Shown one piece after another: positions 23,957-38,475 of a DNA stretch of 64,000 bases; the first letter of the stretch is position 1; each line of letters begins with the position of its first letter. The notes under the pieces were generated by a model. The model was given only the letters and a program-made list of their open reading frames with translations, was not told the DNA's origin and did no database searches. This DNA comes from Octopus sinensis (taxonomy: Eukaryota): NCBI RefSeq assembly GCF_006345805.1, contig NC_043006.1, positions 28,272,001-28,336,000 of the forward strand. The letters run 5' to 3'. Made by a program: the position numbers and the translations under genes.

Positions 23957-26813
23957 CAGATAAGACAAAATCAAATCAAATAAATATATAAACCATTCTC
24001 AGTATGGGCAAGTAAAAGAGCAAAATGGAATTAAAAGCAAGTAAATAAGTGAGTAAGTGTGATAACTAAAATAATAGGACTAAGGGAAGAGGATCCTAAG
24101 GGACAGCATAAGAAAAGTAAAAGAGTATAAACATATGAAGATATAAAACATATATCTATCTATCAGGGGAATCTACTGTATATGATTAAATGTAATATAG
24201 GAGCTGGATAGGGGGTTCATTGTTGTCATGACTAGGGACAAAAGTGGACCGGACTGGAAGGGTAGTGGTTGTTTGTTTTGCTAACTTATAATTATTCAGT
24301 GCTAAAACTTATACTAGTAAAATATAGAATATTAGATATAAAGTATTAGAGAAATGGCACTGTGCTATAGTATTAAATTATTAAGTTAAGTGTTTTATTT
24401 AAAAGGGTAGTTTGAAGAAAATGTTTACATGGATTGCAGAACGACCTGCTGTACTTACCTTGGATCGTAAGGTGACCTGCCATGCCTGAGGAGACCTATT
24501 GAGTCAAGTACATCAATATCAGTATTGATTAATTTCATGCTAATGCTAATTATTTAATTTCATGTTAACACTAATGTTTCATAAAACTGTTTGTGTTCTA
24601 CTTTTATAACAGGTAAAGAAATAAAATCTCCGGGAGAAAATGTCTGTTCAACTGGTCTTTCTGTCGCAGCAGCTGCTGAATTAGGTCTTTCTCCAGGAAC
24701 AACTGTTGCTACATCCATCATTGATGCTCATGCTGGAACACTTGGTAAGAATTCATCGATATGTTGAATATGAGAGACTACTAAGTCTGATCTGAAAGAT
24801 ATGTTAGCCTGATGTTAAGATAATTGTGGTAGAAACAAATGGATGATATATTTATATTAGAACATTTTGTAAACAAAGTTATAAGCACCAAGTGTGTTGG
24901 TATTCTACAGAAAATATAGGAATTCTCAAATGTAGTACTGTGCTGACCTCATCAACAGAATTCATATATTTTTCATCCAAATGATTTTGAAAACTGAGGA
25001 ATAAATGATAATCAGATGGGGCAATGTCCAGTGAATATGGTGAATATTCCCATTCAAACTGCTCCAGCCTTTGGAATGTCATCCTCACTGTATGTGGCCA
25101 AGCATTATCCTGATGGAAGACCACTTTTCATCTTCAAACCAAAGATGGTCATTTTTCTTCTAGTGCTCACTTAAGCCACTCAAGCTGCTCACAGTGGATC
25201 TCCTTTGTTATAATTTGGTTTGGGTTTAAAGTTCAAAGTGGACTAAACCTTTCATATCCCACAAAGCAGATAATAACACCTTACATGGGTGAAGACCTCC
25301 TTTCCCTATCCACTGTCTTGGGTGCTTGACATTTTTAGAGAGAACTCATTTCTTGTCACCAGTCACTATTCAGTCCAAAAAAGGTTCATTCGTGAGATGT
25401 AATAGCAAAGAAGAACACACATTCACTCTCTGCATGTGATTAAACTTGGAAAGTTTGTGAGGAATCCATTGACCCAACTTGTTGACTTTTCTGATGGCAT
25501 GCACGTATCGATGAATGGTTGAATGACCATATCCAAGCTTCTCTGCTAGTTCCTCAACAGTTATGATAGGATTTTTTTCCACCAGAGTTTGCAGGATGCC
25601 CTCGTCAAGTTCTATAGATCTTCCAGGATGAAGCTTATCTTCTAGGCTGTAGTTTCCAGCTATGAATTTCTAGAGCCACCATTGACACTGGCTTATGTTT
25701 AATGCCCATTCCCCATTTACTGCATTAATATTCCTTGCACTTTCCATTGCGCTGTTGCCTTTATTGAACTCATAAAGCAAAATATGCCGAATATGCTCCT
25801 TTGTCACTTCCATTATAGCTTTGGAAAAATAACTGTTAAAATAGAACTGCACCCTTCAAAACTTGTACTAAGAATAAGACCAAGGTAAAATTGCTACATG
25901 CTTTTTTAGCAAGTTGATGCAGGTAGTTTATCCTGTCCCCCTCCAACTTTTAGCTTATGCAATTGAAAAATCTGCATTATTTATGGGATGACCCAGTGCA
26001 CACACACACAACACACACAACGCACACACACACATGCATTTGTTTTTATATCAAGTAATATGTAGAACCAATTTAATCTTAAAGGATTACTCAATACTTT
26101 TTAGCGGAGTACATGTTTATTAACTTTTACAAGGAAAAGGTTGACAACAACTTTGAAGTTTGGCTTGCTCACCTTCATCAGTTTGATGACAGCAAGCTAG
26201 CTGAAACTTTGATGTCATCATCGACACTTTCCTTGTGAGAGAAAGAAAGAAAGAGATAAATAGATAGAGAGAGAGAGAGAAGTGATGTAATTGCTAGAGC
26301 TGTAATTAGATAATGTTGAGGATTTTATTGAAACAACAAAGAAAACGATAAGATTTCAACAAATAAATGAACTGCTAGGAAATGGATAAATGATATTAAA
26401 ATTAAGGTAAGCTGGCAGGACTGTTGGCATGCCAGACAGTTGCTTTGCAGTATTTCATCAATCTTTATGTTCTGAGTTCAAATTTCACTAAGGTCAACTT
26501 TGCCTTTCATCCTTTCGAGGTTGATAAATATCAGTTTAGTACTGGAGTTGATTTAATTGGCTAGCCCTCTCCCACAAACTTCCAGACCCTGTGTTTACAG
26601 TAGGAAAGGGTATTAAAATAAAAATATTGGGGAATAAATTAAAGATAGGCGCAGGAGTGGCTGTGTGGTAAGTAGATTGTTTACCAACCACATGGTTCCG
26701 GGTTCAGTCCCACTGCGTGGCACCTTGGGCAAGTGTCTTCTACTATAGCCTCGGGCCGACCAAAACCTTGTGAGTGAATTTTGTAGACGGAAACTGAAAA
26801 GAAGCCCGTTGTA

Positions 26814-26844
<31 letters not shown>

Positions 26845-29800
26845 GCATGTGTGTGTTTGTCCCCTTAGCATTGCTTGACAACCAATGCTGGTGTGTTTAT
26901 GTCCCCGTTACTTAGCAGTTCGGCAAAAGAGACCGATAGAATAAGTACTGGGCTTACAAAAGAATAAGTCCCGGGGTCGAGTTGCTCGATTAAAGGTGGT
27001 GCTCTAGCATGTCTGCAGTCAAATGACTGAAACAAGTAAAGAGTATATTCAGTGGGTAACTAAGTTTTAACAGTGCAAGAAGATTTTTAATATACAAAAA
27101 TTAACTGAAGAATTAACTGTAGTACAACACTGGTCTAAAATTGTTCTACATGTTTGAGTGGAATTTTATATAAACATACATAATCTTTAACAGATCTTGA
27201 AGAAATCCATGGAACATAAGGGAAAACTAATTGATGGAAACTTGTTATTTTTGTTGTTTAACACTAGGTCAGTCTCTACTGAGTAAGACCTATGATCATC
27301 CTCTTAAGCACTACATATGTATTTCTTTAATATACAAAGCCCTTCTTGTCAAAATGTCAGGGTGTGATATAAGGAGATGTTGTTACTATTTCTAGCAGGT
27401 CAAATGACCACATAGAGGCTTCCTTGAGTTGAATCCTGGATGGTGTGTGGTAATTTTCATTCATTTTCCTCGTCTTCTCTTCTTTCTTTCAGACACTTTT
27501 TCTTTCTTCTTTCAGGTTCTTTAAATTGCAAACCAAGAGGAATGGTGTCACCACCGCTGCTTAATCGGATGTCACTAATTAGCGGCACCTCAAACTGTCA
27601 TATAGTGGTATTGTTACTTTTGCATTAATAGGGTTTTAAAATACAATCGTTGTCATTGTCATCACTACCACCACCACCACTACTGTGTCATGAACACTAT
27701 CACTGTTTTCCCACCACCACCATCACAATTGTTATCATCACCACCATAATGACCAACATCTCTACCACCAGACCACCATTGCCACCACCATCACCATCAA
27801 TAACAGTGGAGGCGCAATGGCCTAATGATTAGGGCAGCGGACTCGCAGTCGGAGGATCGCGGTTTCGATTCCCAGACCGGGCGTTGTGTGTGTTTATTGA
27901 GTGAAAACACCTAAAGCTCCACGAGGCTCTGGCAGGGGGTAGTGGTGACCCCTGTTGTACTCTTTCGCTCCAACTTTCTCTCACTCTTTCTTCCTGTTTC
28001 TTGTCCCCGACTTCCTACGCAACCGCTGAGCCTGGATGCGCATTCAGCCATCCATCAATGCTCTCGGTGTCGGGGGTTGACCTGCTTTCTCTTCTGCAGG
28101 TCTTACGAATAGCAAAGGACTATGTTTCGGACTTCTTCCATCTTGCGAGCTCTGGGACGAAGACCGCTCGCTCAACAGCAACAGCCATCAACAACAACAC
28201 TATGCTATTACAACACTATGTAACCACTACCATTGAGTCTCCATCACCATGCTTCTACCACTACCACCAACTCCATCATCACCATTGTTTCTAATGTTAT
28301 CACCAGCTGAACACAATATATTGGCAGAATTAGAATATTTGATAAAAAAAAAGACCATAAATGGTCCTTTACAGTCTGAAGAATCATTAGAGCACTGGAA
28401 AAAATGTTAAGCATATTTGTTCCTGCTCTTTACATTTTGAGTTCAAATCCAGCTAAGGTGAAGTTTATTTTTCATCGCGCTGGGATCAATGAAATATAGT
28501 ACCAATCAAATATTGGGGTTGATATAACTGTCAGCTCCTCTCTGCACTAAATGTCAGTCCTTGTGCCTTGCCAGAAAGATTCTGGTGTTGAACAAATGCC
28601 TTGCATTCTTTGTTCCAGCTCTTTGCATCCTGAGTTTGACCTTTTTCTGGGAGCACTTAAATAAAGTACCTTTTCAGTTGTAGGGTTTAATTAGATTTGT
28701 AGCATTGTACCTATTTTAGAAATTATTATTTCCCTTTCTTTTCTCCTGTATGTTTTAGCACTGGGTGCCTTTACTGCAAAGAATGGAGAATGTGAGGGGT
28801 ATCCTACTTGCAGATGGTCACAGGAGAGTCATGTCAGCATACATGATCAATGTTGCTGTTATGGTGTTGGACTCTTTCCATATGGAAGTGATTGATGCTA
28901 TACTGAAATAGTACCAGGTATATACAGGAGCACATATAAACTGGGACAACTCGATGGACTTGCAACTAGTCACCTATAGAGGCAAGTCTATATTGGTCAG
29001 AAACAAGTCTATGTTGGTCACAAACAGGACTATCTATGTTGGTTAAGATTTTAATGTCGGTGATATTAAACATTATATACAGATTTTCTTTTTATTTAAA
29101 AATTAATTTATGTGAAGTATACATTGTTGAATGAATTACATTTTCCTTTCTTCTTTCTCTAAAGTTAAGCTCATCTGCCAAATTTGTACCTGGAGTGTGG
29201 GGTCCTTATTACTCATCAATTCTTCCCCATCTTTGGTCAACTGAAGGTGGTCAAAGTGCTGCAGGTGACCTGGTATGTATTCTCTTTCTTCAGTATAATC
29301 ATGATTGTTTATGGATGCACATCGTCATCATTATCATCCTTTAACGTCTGTTTTCCATGGTGGCATGGGTTGGACGGTTTAACCAGAGCTAGGAAGCTGG
29401 AGAGCTGCACCAGGTTCCAGTATGATTTGGCTTGGTTTCTACAGCTGGATGCTTTTCCAAACGCCAAGTACTTTACTGTGTGTGTTGAGTGCTATTAATG
29501 TGGCACCAGCATGTGCACTCTTACATGATGCCAGCACGAGTGCTTTTCACATGGTACTGACCAGGACTCTTGCAAACCAATCTTTTTCACCAGAGGGAGT
29601 AGTCTTAACACTTCTGCTGTGGAGGACAGGTCTTCTTGATTACCACAGAATGGTAATCTCTTAGTAAGACAAATTCATAATTCACTTTTAGTCCTTGGTT
29701 AGGAGTTCTTATATTTCACTTAGACTCTCATCATCTGGTATAAAGTCATCTCCCTCTCTGTTTAAATCCCACCAGGTCTCAAGGCTTTTCCCTTTGCCTT

Positions 29801-31163
29801 ACAAGTTACTTGGTGATCTCACTTGTTCAATTACAAAATCAGTCTGTGTTCTCATTACATATTATGCTCTTCTAATTCTGCATTATTATTATGAGTTTTT
29901 TTTCTTCAATTTTGTTGTCTTTTCTAGCCAAGTGTTTTCCCAACTCCTATGGCAAAGAAACTCACTATATACATTGATAAGACATTAAACTAAACACACC
30001 AGAAGTTATATGAAAAAAAATAATAATAAATAAAAATGAATTAAAATACATGAGTAGCAGTCGTTCTCACATTGACAATAGTACAGTTAAAACAATCTTT
30101 TGCACTTCTTGCAGGTATGGTGAGCCAGAGATTGTTCTCAAATAATTTTCAGTGCTTCAGTGCTCTGACTCCTTGTCTGTCTGGAAGTCAAAGTCCCAGA
30201 GGATCTTTTCCTTCTCATTTTCGTCCATTACCTTTTCTGGTATATGTTGATTCTAAGCACCTGTTATCTCATATCCACATTTACGGCATAGTAGCCAGTG
30301 AAGGTTTTGATCTACCTTGTCGTGTCTGCACTTGTACTCTTTCTATGCAAGACTTTCACTAGCTCTAACAATGTGAATCATGCTTTCAACCTTCTTCCCA
30401 CACATTCTACAGAGGTTTGTTGCATATGTGTTTTATATATCCCTTTTCCCTTAGTTGGTATTCAATGCCTGATCCTGGGCAACGAAGATTAGGCTTTCAG
30501 TCTTCTTTTTAGGGTCACCTTTGCTGAGTCATGTCATGATGCTTCTTGACCTTTTAAGTTGTTAGTTTCGCGGTGGAACTGACCATGCAATTCTATGCAG
30601 AATAGTGTTTCTTCTCTTTCATTGGCTATTCACAATCAGAATTCATTAGTACTCTCTATTCTATTGGTAAAATCCTTCTGCCTTAGCAAATTATTATTAT
30701 TATTATTATTATCATCATTATTTTTCTTTTTATTTCAGGTTTTGTTGTAACTCTTTGTGTCTTGCATGTGTAGCGGGCTTGCTTCCTGCAGTCTATAGTA
30801 TCATGCTCTCTGTTCTTTTCAACTATCTAATACTTTCCTGATTATCCTCCTCCTCCTCCTCCTCCTTCTTCTTCTTCTTCTTCTTCTTCTTCTTCTTCTT
30901 CTTCTTCTTCTTCTTCTTCTTCTTGAAGTGAACTGGTGGAATCCTTAGCATACTGGGTAAAATGCTTAGCAACATTCCGTCTGTGTTTACATTCTGAGAT
31001 CAAATTCCACTGAGATCAACTTTGTCTTTCATCTTTGTGGGGTCAATGAAAGAAGTACCAGTGAAACACTGTGGTTGATATCAACTTCTTTCTCTCCTCA
31101 AAAATTACTTGCCCTGTGCCAAAATTTGAAAACATTATTATTTTTATCATCATCATCATCATT

Positions 31164-31214
<51 letters not shown>

Positions 31215-32471
31215 GTGCTGTGGGCACGTATTATTATTATTATTATTGTGCTGTGGGCACGTATTATTATTATTATTATTATGCTGTGGGCACGTAACAA
31301 ACACCATCCAATCGTGGCCGTTCGCCAGCCTCGTCTGGCACCTGTGTCGGTGGCACATAAAAAACACCATCCGAGCGTGGCTGTTCGCCAGCCTCGTCTG
31401 GCACCTGTGTCGGTGGCACATAAAAAACACCATCCGAGCGTGGCCGTTCGCCAGCCTCGTCTGGCACCTGTGTCGGTGGCACATAAAAAACACCATCCGA
31501 GCGTGGCCGTTCGCCAGCCTCGTCTGGCACCTGTGTCGGTGGCACATAAAATCACCCACTACACTCTCGGAGTGGTTGGCGTTAGGAAGGGCATCCAGCT
31601 GTAGAAACACTGCCAGATCTGACTGGCCTGGTGCGGCCTTTGGGCTTCCCAGATCCCAGTTGAACCGTCCAACCCATGCTAGCATGGAAAGCGGACGTTA
31701 AACGATGATGATGATGATGATGATTATGGTTGGCAGGATCATTAGCACTCCAGGAAAAATGCTTAGCGGTATTTCATCTATCTTTGAAGTCTATGTTCAA
31801 ATTCCACTGAGTTCAACTTTATCTTTCATTCTTTCAGGGTCGATAAATTAAGTACCAGTGAAAGACTGGGTTCGATGTAATCAACTAGTCCCCTCCCCCC
31901 AAATTTCAGGCTTAGTGCCTTTAATAGAAAGGATTATTATTATTATTATCATTATTATTATTATTATTATTATGATTATGATTATTATTATGATGATGAT
32001 GATGATGATGATGGCAGAATTGTTGGTATGCCAGACAAAATACTTAAGTAGCATTTCGTTCAATATGTTCTGAGATCAAATTCTGCCAAGACTGACTTTG
32101 CCTTTCATCCTTTAAGGATTGTTGAAATAAGTACCAGTTGAGCACCGGGGTTGATGTAATAAACTATCCCCAGCTCCCATAATTTCAGGCCTTGTGCCTA
32201 TAGGCCTATAGTTGAAAGAATTATTATAAATTTTCTCTTATTCTTTTTTCTCGTCTATCATTACCATAATTGTTGAACTCAGAATTTCGGTTTCATTTGT
32301 TTGTTTTTTGTGTGAAATGTCAATTATCATGTTGTCAGTTATCATATAATCAATTATCATGTCTAATGCTTCTTCAAATGAATTCCTGTATTTTCTAGCT
32401 TGACCATATTGTGAAGAATCATGCTGCATTTCCAGCTATTAAAGAAAAAGCAGAAAAGAGGTAAGGATTAA

Positions 32472-32502
<31 letters not shown>

Positions 32503-35500
32503 TGTATGTGTGTGTGTGTGTGTGTGTGTATGTGTGTATATATGTATGTATGTATGTATGTACATACGTATGTATGTACGTATGTACATACATACATGCA
32601 TACATACAATATGTGTGTGTGTACTCCCATCCACCTTTATATAATGTGGGATTGTCATGTAGCTTGTCTATAGCAAGACATCTCTGCTTGTCCCTGGTAT
32701 AAAGCCACCTCTCCATCCTCTCAGATATTCCCACTCACCCTTCTTGCAACCTCACAAGTGTCAGTAGTGTGACAAAAGTACCCAGTGCACACTGTAAAGT
32801 GGTTGGTGTTAGGAACGGCATCCAGCAATAGAAACCATCCCAAAGCTGACATGGAGCATGATACAGCCTTGCAGCTCACTAGATCCTTTTTAAACCATCC
32901 AACCCATGCCAGTAAGGAATATAGATGATTTATGATGATGATGATAAATGATGATAGTAAATATGCATGTTTATATAAGAAAATTTAGACTTCCATTATA
33001 TGTATCATTATCATCACCATCTTCATCTAACATTCATTTTCTATGCTGGTATGGGTTGGATGGCCAGAAAGCTGCACAAGACTCCAATTGTCTGTTTTGG
33101 CATGGTATCTATGGCTGGATGCTCTTCCTAATACCAACCACTCTACAGAGTGTACTGGGTGCTTTTTATATAGCATCAGCATGAGTGCTTTGTTTGTGGC
33201 ATCAGCATGGGTATTTTATATGTGACACCAGCATGGGTGCTTTTTTACGTGGCTCCAGCATGGGCATAGCACTAGTACAGTGTGTGTGTACATAATACAT
33301 ATATAGTGTTAGATAATCATAAGTATGCATGTATATATAAGAAAATATGTACTTAACACACTCTGATACTTTGTCACAACCTCAATATCTTCATTACAGA
33401 TATTCTTAGCCACGTTTCTCCTCTATAGCAAGATACCTGTGCCTGTCCCTCTGCCATACTGTGTTTAATGAGTTTAATTCCTCTGTATCTAACAGTAACA
33501 CTATAAAACATTCGCTGGTATCACAGAAGCTTGTACCATGAATCTGTGGCAAGACAATTCCTCAACATCATGCTTTCTAATGATGTGTGAGTCATTTAGT
33601 GTGATGTACCAATGATAATTTTAAAACCACTGCTGTTTCAATTGCATACACTGAGTTTTTTCAACAGCCCAGCAAGTTTTTTGCAATATCTGAATATTTT
33701 ATTCATCGTTTCCTATATATTAAGGCATACATTGCATTTAAACTAGTGACATTCTGGTGCATGGTATTGAAAAGCTTCAGCATTTATCGCTCTCATGAGT
33801 CACTGCGGCAATTATCTTCATCTCACTTTGATAGATATTGTATTTTTAACACATCAAGTATATGAAGAGATTTCATTTCAGACAATTTCACAGCATTATG
33901 TTTTCAGTCAGTGTTTATACATTTGGAATGATACACAGATTTTAATTCATGCTGTTTCATGTGCATACATCAGTTTGTAGGAAAACATACATTGGAAATG
34001 TAGCTTCTTAATTACAGACATGAATATATATATATATGTGTGTGAGAGTATGTGTGTGTGTGTGTGTGCATGCACTTATATGTGTGTTTTGTGAACAAAA
34101 GAAAGTAGCACTCAATGCATTTGGCAAGAGTTACACATATTTTTAATGAAAATTTGATTCAGCTCCACATGACTTGTTTCTTGGGCATGTTGAACAACCC
34201 CATCTCATCAGATGCTAGGAGAGTGAAAGTTTTGACAGAAATTCAGGATGGCTTCTGGATGTTAAGCCTCTATTGGTCAACTCAGGTCATGTAGTATAAA
34301 AACTATGAAAGGGACACCAACTATTTCCTTTATTTTCAAGGTCACATGTTTGGACATGATGTTGGCAGCTAGCTGGCACCACTTTGACAGCAGGTTGTGC
34401 AATAACGTATTCAGTGATAGCAGTTCCTTGTAATGGATACCACATTATGGTGGGGTGGGATGTTGGCGCTAGTCAATAGCTCAATTGTTGTGCAGTGGTG
34501 TATGAACACATCAGCAACATCAGTCTTTACATAAGGGTAACTAGATTTAATGGAGTCAGGTTATAATTGAGGTTGATCGACCAATATGGATTAGTTGTAG
34601 TCTATATGGGCAGTAAAGATTAAATATTCTGCCCTTGTGTGTGGGACAGCTAGGCCTAGTTGGGGTATATCTGGGTTGTCAGCAGTCAGTGGTTTGAAGT
34701 TCATTAAGAGGGAATACCTTGGGTGGCAACAATAAAATAGTTTGTTCTTCCTGTTAATGGATACTGCAGGTTAGAGGAGTGTATGTAGTCTCCTGCAGGG
34801 ACAGAATTAGCAGTTGTGAGTGCCAGATTTGTAAAGTCCCTGATGATGAAACTCTACTTGAAGTTATTTTAATGGTTATGGATTCTCCATATGAAGTGGG
34901 ACTTGTTGATTACATCAACTACAGTGCTCAGCTGGTACTTATTTTATGGACATCAAAAGAATGAAAGGCAAAGTTCACTTGGCAGAATTCAAACTCAGAA
35001 CGTAAAAAGGGACAAAATACCACTAAGCATCTTGTCCAGCATGCTGACAATCCTACCCAATCAATAGTAACAATAAGGGTTTCAAATTTTGGCACAAGGC
35101 AAGCAGTTTGATGGGGAAGGTTAAGTTGATTAAATCAACCTCAATGCTCAACTGGTACTTATTTTATTGACCTTGAAAGGATGAAAGACAAAGTTCACCC
35201 TGCTGGAATTTGAACTCAGATCATAAAAAGAGATGAAATGACACTAAGCATTTTGCCCGGCATGCTAATGATTCTGCCACCTCAATAATGTTAATTCTTT
35301 TTTAATTGACCACAAGAGCCCTGAAGAATATTTAGGACAATACACTGGCAAAAAAACTGGGGATTTACAGGGTATTTAGGCTAAATTTGATATTTTTTAT
35401 GTCCCCCTTTTTTCAGGAACTGCTTGATGTATTGGTGAACAGTCAATGGTGTTGGAGAGTATAAAGATTAAAGTTGTAGTTGAGAAAAAGTTAGCTGACA

Positions 35501-38429
35501 TGGAGGGCTGGAAGCTATCTAAATATTAGAAAAGAGTTACATGTATCATAATATTTGTCCTTGGTATCAAAATGCCAGCATCATTTCTGCTACTCAATGC
35601 TCTGTGAACACTGTAAAGGCTGTAAGATGTAACATGGACAGCTGCAATTGAGACTATGAAGCTGTAGCCAGCAGGAAGGGCCACGGCAGGTGTTCTGGCT
35701 GTTTAATTCATTAAACAGCTGCAAAACAAGGTGATGGCAGATCCAATAAAGGAATTAAGGATCAAAAGAGATGGATGTTGAAGTTGCCTCTATAAAGCTA
35801 ACCCTGAGGACCTTTGCTACCACTCATATAAGAGGCATGAGCAAAATGCCCCCTGTCCAATGGATGGTGCTGAGTTGTCAAACATTTAAACCAAATTTTC
35901 TCAAAACAACTTGTCCGACCATCCCATAGGCCTCCCCTTTGAGAAACACTGATTTAACCTAAATTTGAGACACCAGTAAAAGAAGAAATAAAGATAGGCA
36001 TTTTTTCTATTCCAAAGAAAAACGATTTTATTCACACAAATATGCAACCGAGGAGTTTAAAGTACCAGTAATGATAAGGCTGTTGACTTGGAGAACGGCT
36101 TTATCGATCGCATTCTCACCTGGAATCGATTTTTGTAATTTTTTCAAGACTTATACACGCCCTGAGACCGTCAGTATCTACATATCAAATTTGAGCGCAA
36201 TCGGATGGCGGATGCCCGAGATCCTAGAAAACACACACACAGACACACAGAATGGATTTTATATAGATAAGGGACAAATTCTGACAGCCAAAGCCAAGGA
36301 GAATCACTTGATGAAGGCAAAGAAGCTCCTGATCTAGCTGTTAAACCAGAGATGATCTAGTTCTTCCCAGATGAAAAAAACTACTGCCACGACCAGTCGC
36401 AACACACCCAGAACAGGTGGTTTGCCTATAATCCATGTGATGTCACATGTATCATGCAAATCAAGTTCCCCCAAATTGTGATGACCTTTGGGTGTGTCTG
36501 CATCTATGAACAGGGCCTTAGACTCAATTGAGATAGCTATATGAAACTGCTGGAGATCGTGGAGGAATGCATGTGCCATGTTCTGGAGCTGTCTTTAGGT
36601 AGTGGTTGAAGCTGAGGACAGCTACTTTGAGTACCTCCCAGTCATAATCTAGTTGAAGTCTTTTGATTCTTTAAAAAATACCCTTATTTTTTTATGGGAT
36701 ATTGTGTTTTCTTTTCCTTTTATGCAAACTGTCAAATTTTAGCACAGACACCCTGTACATAGAAAACATAAACAATAAAAAGTCATAACAATTAACAGAA
36801 TAATTTCTGCTAATTTCTGCCACCCTGTCTACCAGGTATACCATGGCAAGTTCTTCTCTCTCCTTAGTCCCCACCCTTCAGGTTCTAGTTCAGAATAGGC
36901 CCATTCATTCAAGCTGTCCTTGCCACATCCATCCACCTTTCAATGAATTTACTGGAGTAGAAATACATTCCTCTCAGCCCTCACCTTCCTTTTTAAATGT
37001 AATTTAAAGAAGTTGATGAAGTCTTGACCAACGAGAAAATTGTTTGCCTTCAGTGCTTTCAGTCTCATCCACCACACAACCTCTTTTGCTATAGCTGTCA
37101 GACACAGAAAAACTGCCTGCTCTTTCTGTTCAAAAGAAGGTGACAGAGCAGTCTTTTCAATGAAGTTGGCCAATTGTCAAATTGATCCTACATGTGATAT
37201 CAGCTGTTCAACATAACTCCACAGATTATCAATGCTCATCGCTGTACAAGCGCATGCAGGACAGTGTCAGTGCTCTGCACTCCTCATAATCAAGTGAGGC
37301 CTGAAGCCACTATTTTGCCTGTAGAGTTTATCCCACATTGGCAATGCCTCCCAGTAGCACTGCCAGGGTAGGGATTTTAGGAAATTATCCATGGGCCCTG
37401 ACTTGAAAGTCTTCCACTAGGCCAGCGATTTTAGGGGTAGTCAATTACACTGACCCTAGTGCTCAACTGGGATTTATTCTATTGTCCCCAAAGAGATGAA
37501 AGGCAAATTCAAACTCGGTAGTATTTGAACTCAGAACATAAAGCTGGAAGAAATGCTGCTAAGAATTTTGTCAGCTCACCACTTAAATAATAATAATAAT
37601 CCTTTGTACTAAAGGCACAAGGCCTGAAATTTTGGGGAAGGGCCTAGACAATTACATCAATACCAGTGTTTCACTGGTACTTAATTTATTGACCCTGAAA
37701 AGATGAAAGGCAAAGTCAACCTTAGCAGAATATAATACTAATAATAAGGGTTTCAAATTTTGCCACAAGGGCAGAAATTTGGAGGGAGGGGATAATTCAA
37801 TTATATTGACCCCAGTGTTTCACTGATATTTAATTTATTTGCCCCAAAAGGATAAAAGGCAAGCCGACCTTGGCAGAATTTGAACTCAGAGCACTATGAC
37901 AGACAAAATACTGCTAAGTATATTGCCTGTCATGCTGACAATTCTGCCAGCTCGCTGCAACAACAACAACAACAACAATAATAATAATAATAACAACAAC
38001 AACAAAAACACCAGGACTTACAAACACATATAACATACAGAAAATTGCACTACTAGGCACTGCACGCATCCTACGCAGAACACTTTCCATACAATAACCA
38101 TCAGAGCATCACAACAAATCACAGCACATACCCAAGGCACACAGAGCTGCGCTCGGTAGTGAAGTGAAAGCACGCTATAAAAATAAAACTACTGAATAAT
38201 AATAATAATAATAATAATGGTTTCAAATTTAGGCACAAGGCCAGCAAATTCAGGGGAGGAAATAAGTCGATTGCATTGACTCCAGTGTTCAAATGGTACT
38301 TATTTTATCAACCTCAAAAAGATGAGAGGCCAAGTTGACCCCTAAGAACTCAGAATGTAAAGACAGCTGAATGTAAATGCCACAAAGCATTTTGCTTGAC
38401 GTGCTAACGATTCTGTCTGCTCGCAGCCC

Positions 38430-38475
<46 letters not shown>

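Noticed and set aside
27808-27880. tRNA-like sequence (also 26647, 42945, 43095, 57313, 58106)
   Set aside because: Box A/B are present but each continues into a shared SINE body and I could not fold a complete cloverleaf; treated as SINE heads.
28105-28165. Second hammerhead-like fold on the minus strand (...CCGAAACAUAGUC)
   Set aside because: The CUGANGA half of the core is missing (reads CUCGCAAGA).
31043-31701. Overlapping 170-208-aa ORFs with 20-aa repeats
   Set aside because: Produced by the 60-bp VNTR units and (ATT)n tracts, open in several frames on both strands; no evidence of coding.
34330-34800. Higher-GC block possibly an old retroelement (DIRS/LINE) remnant
   Set aside because: Translations are too degenerate to assign a family.
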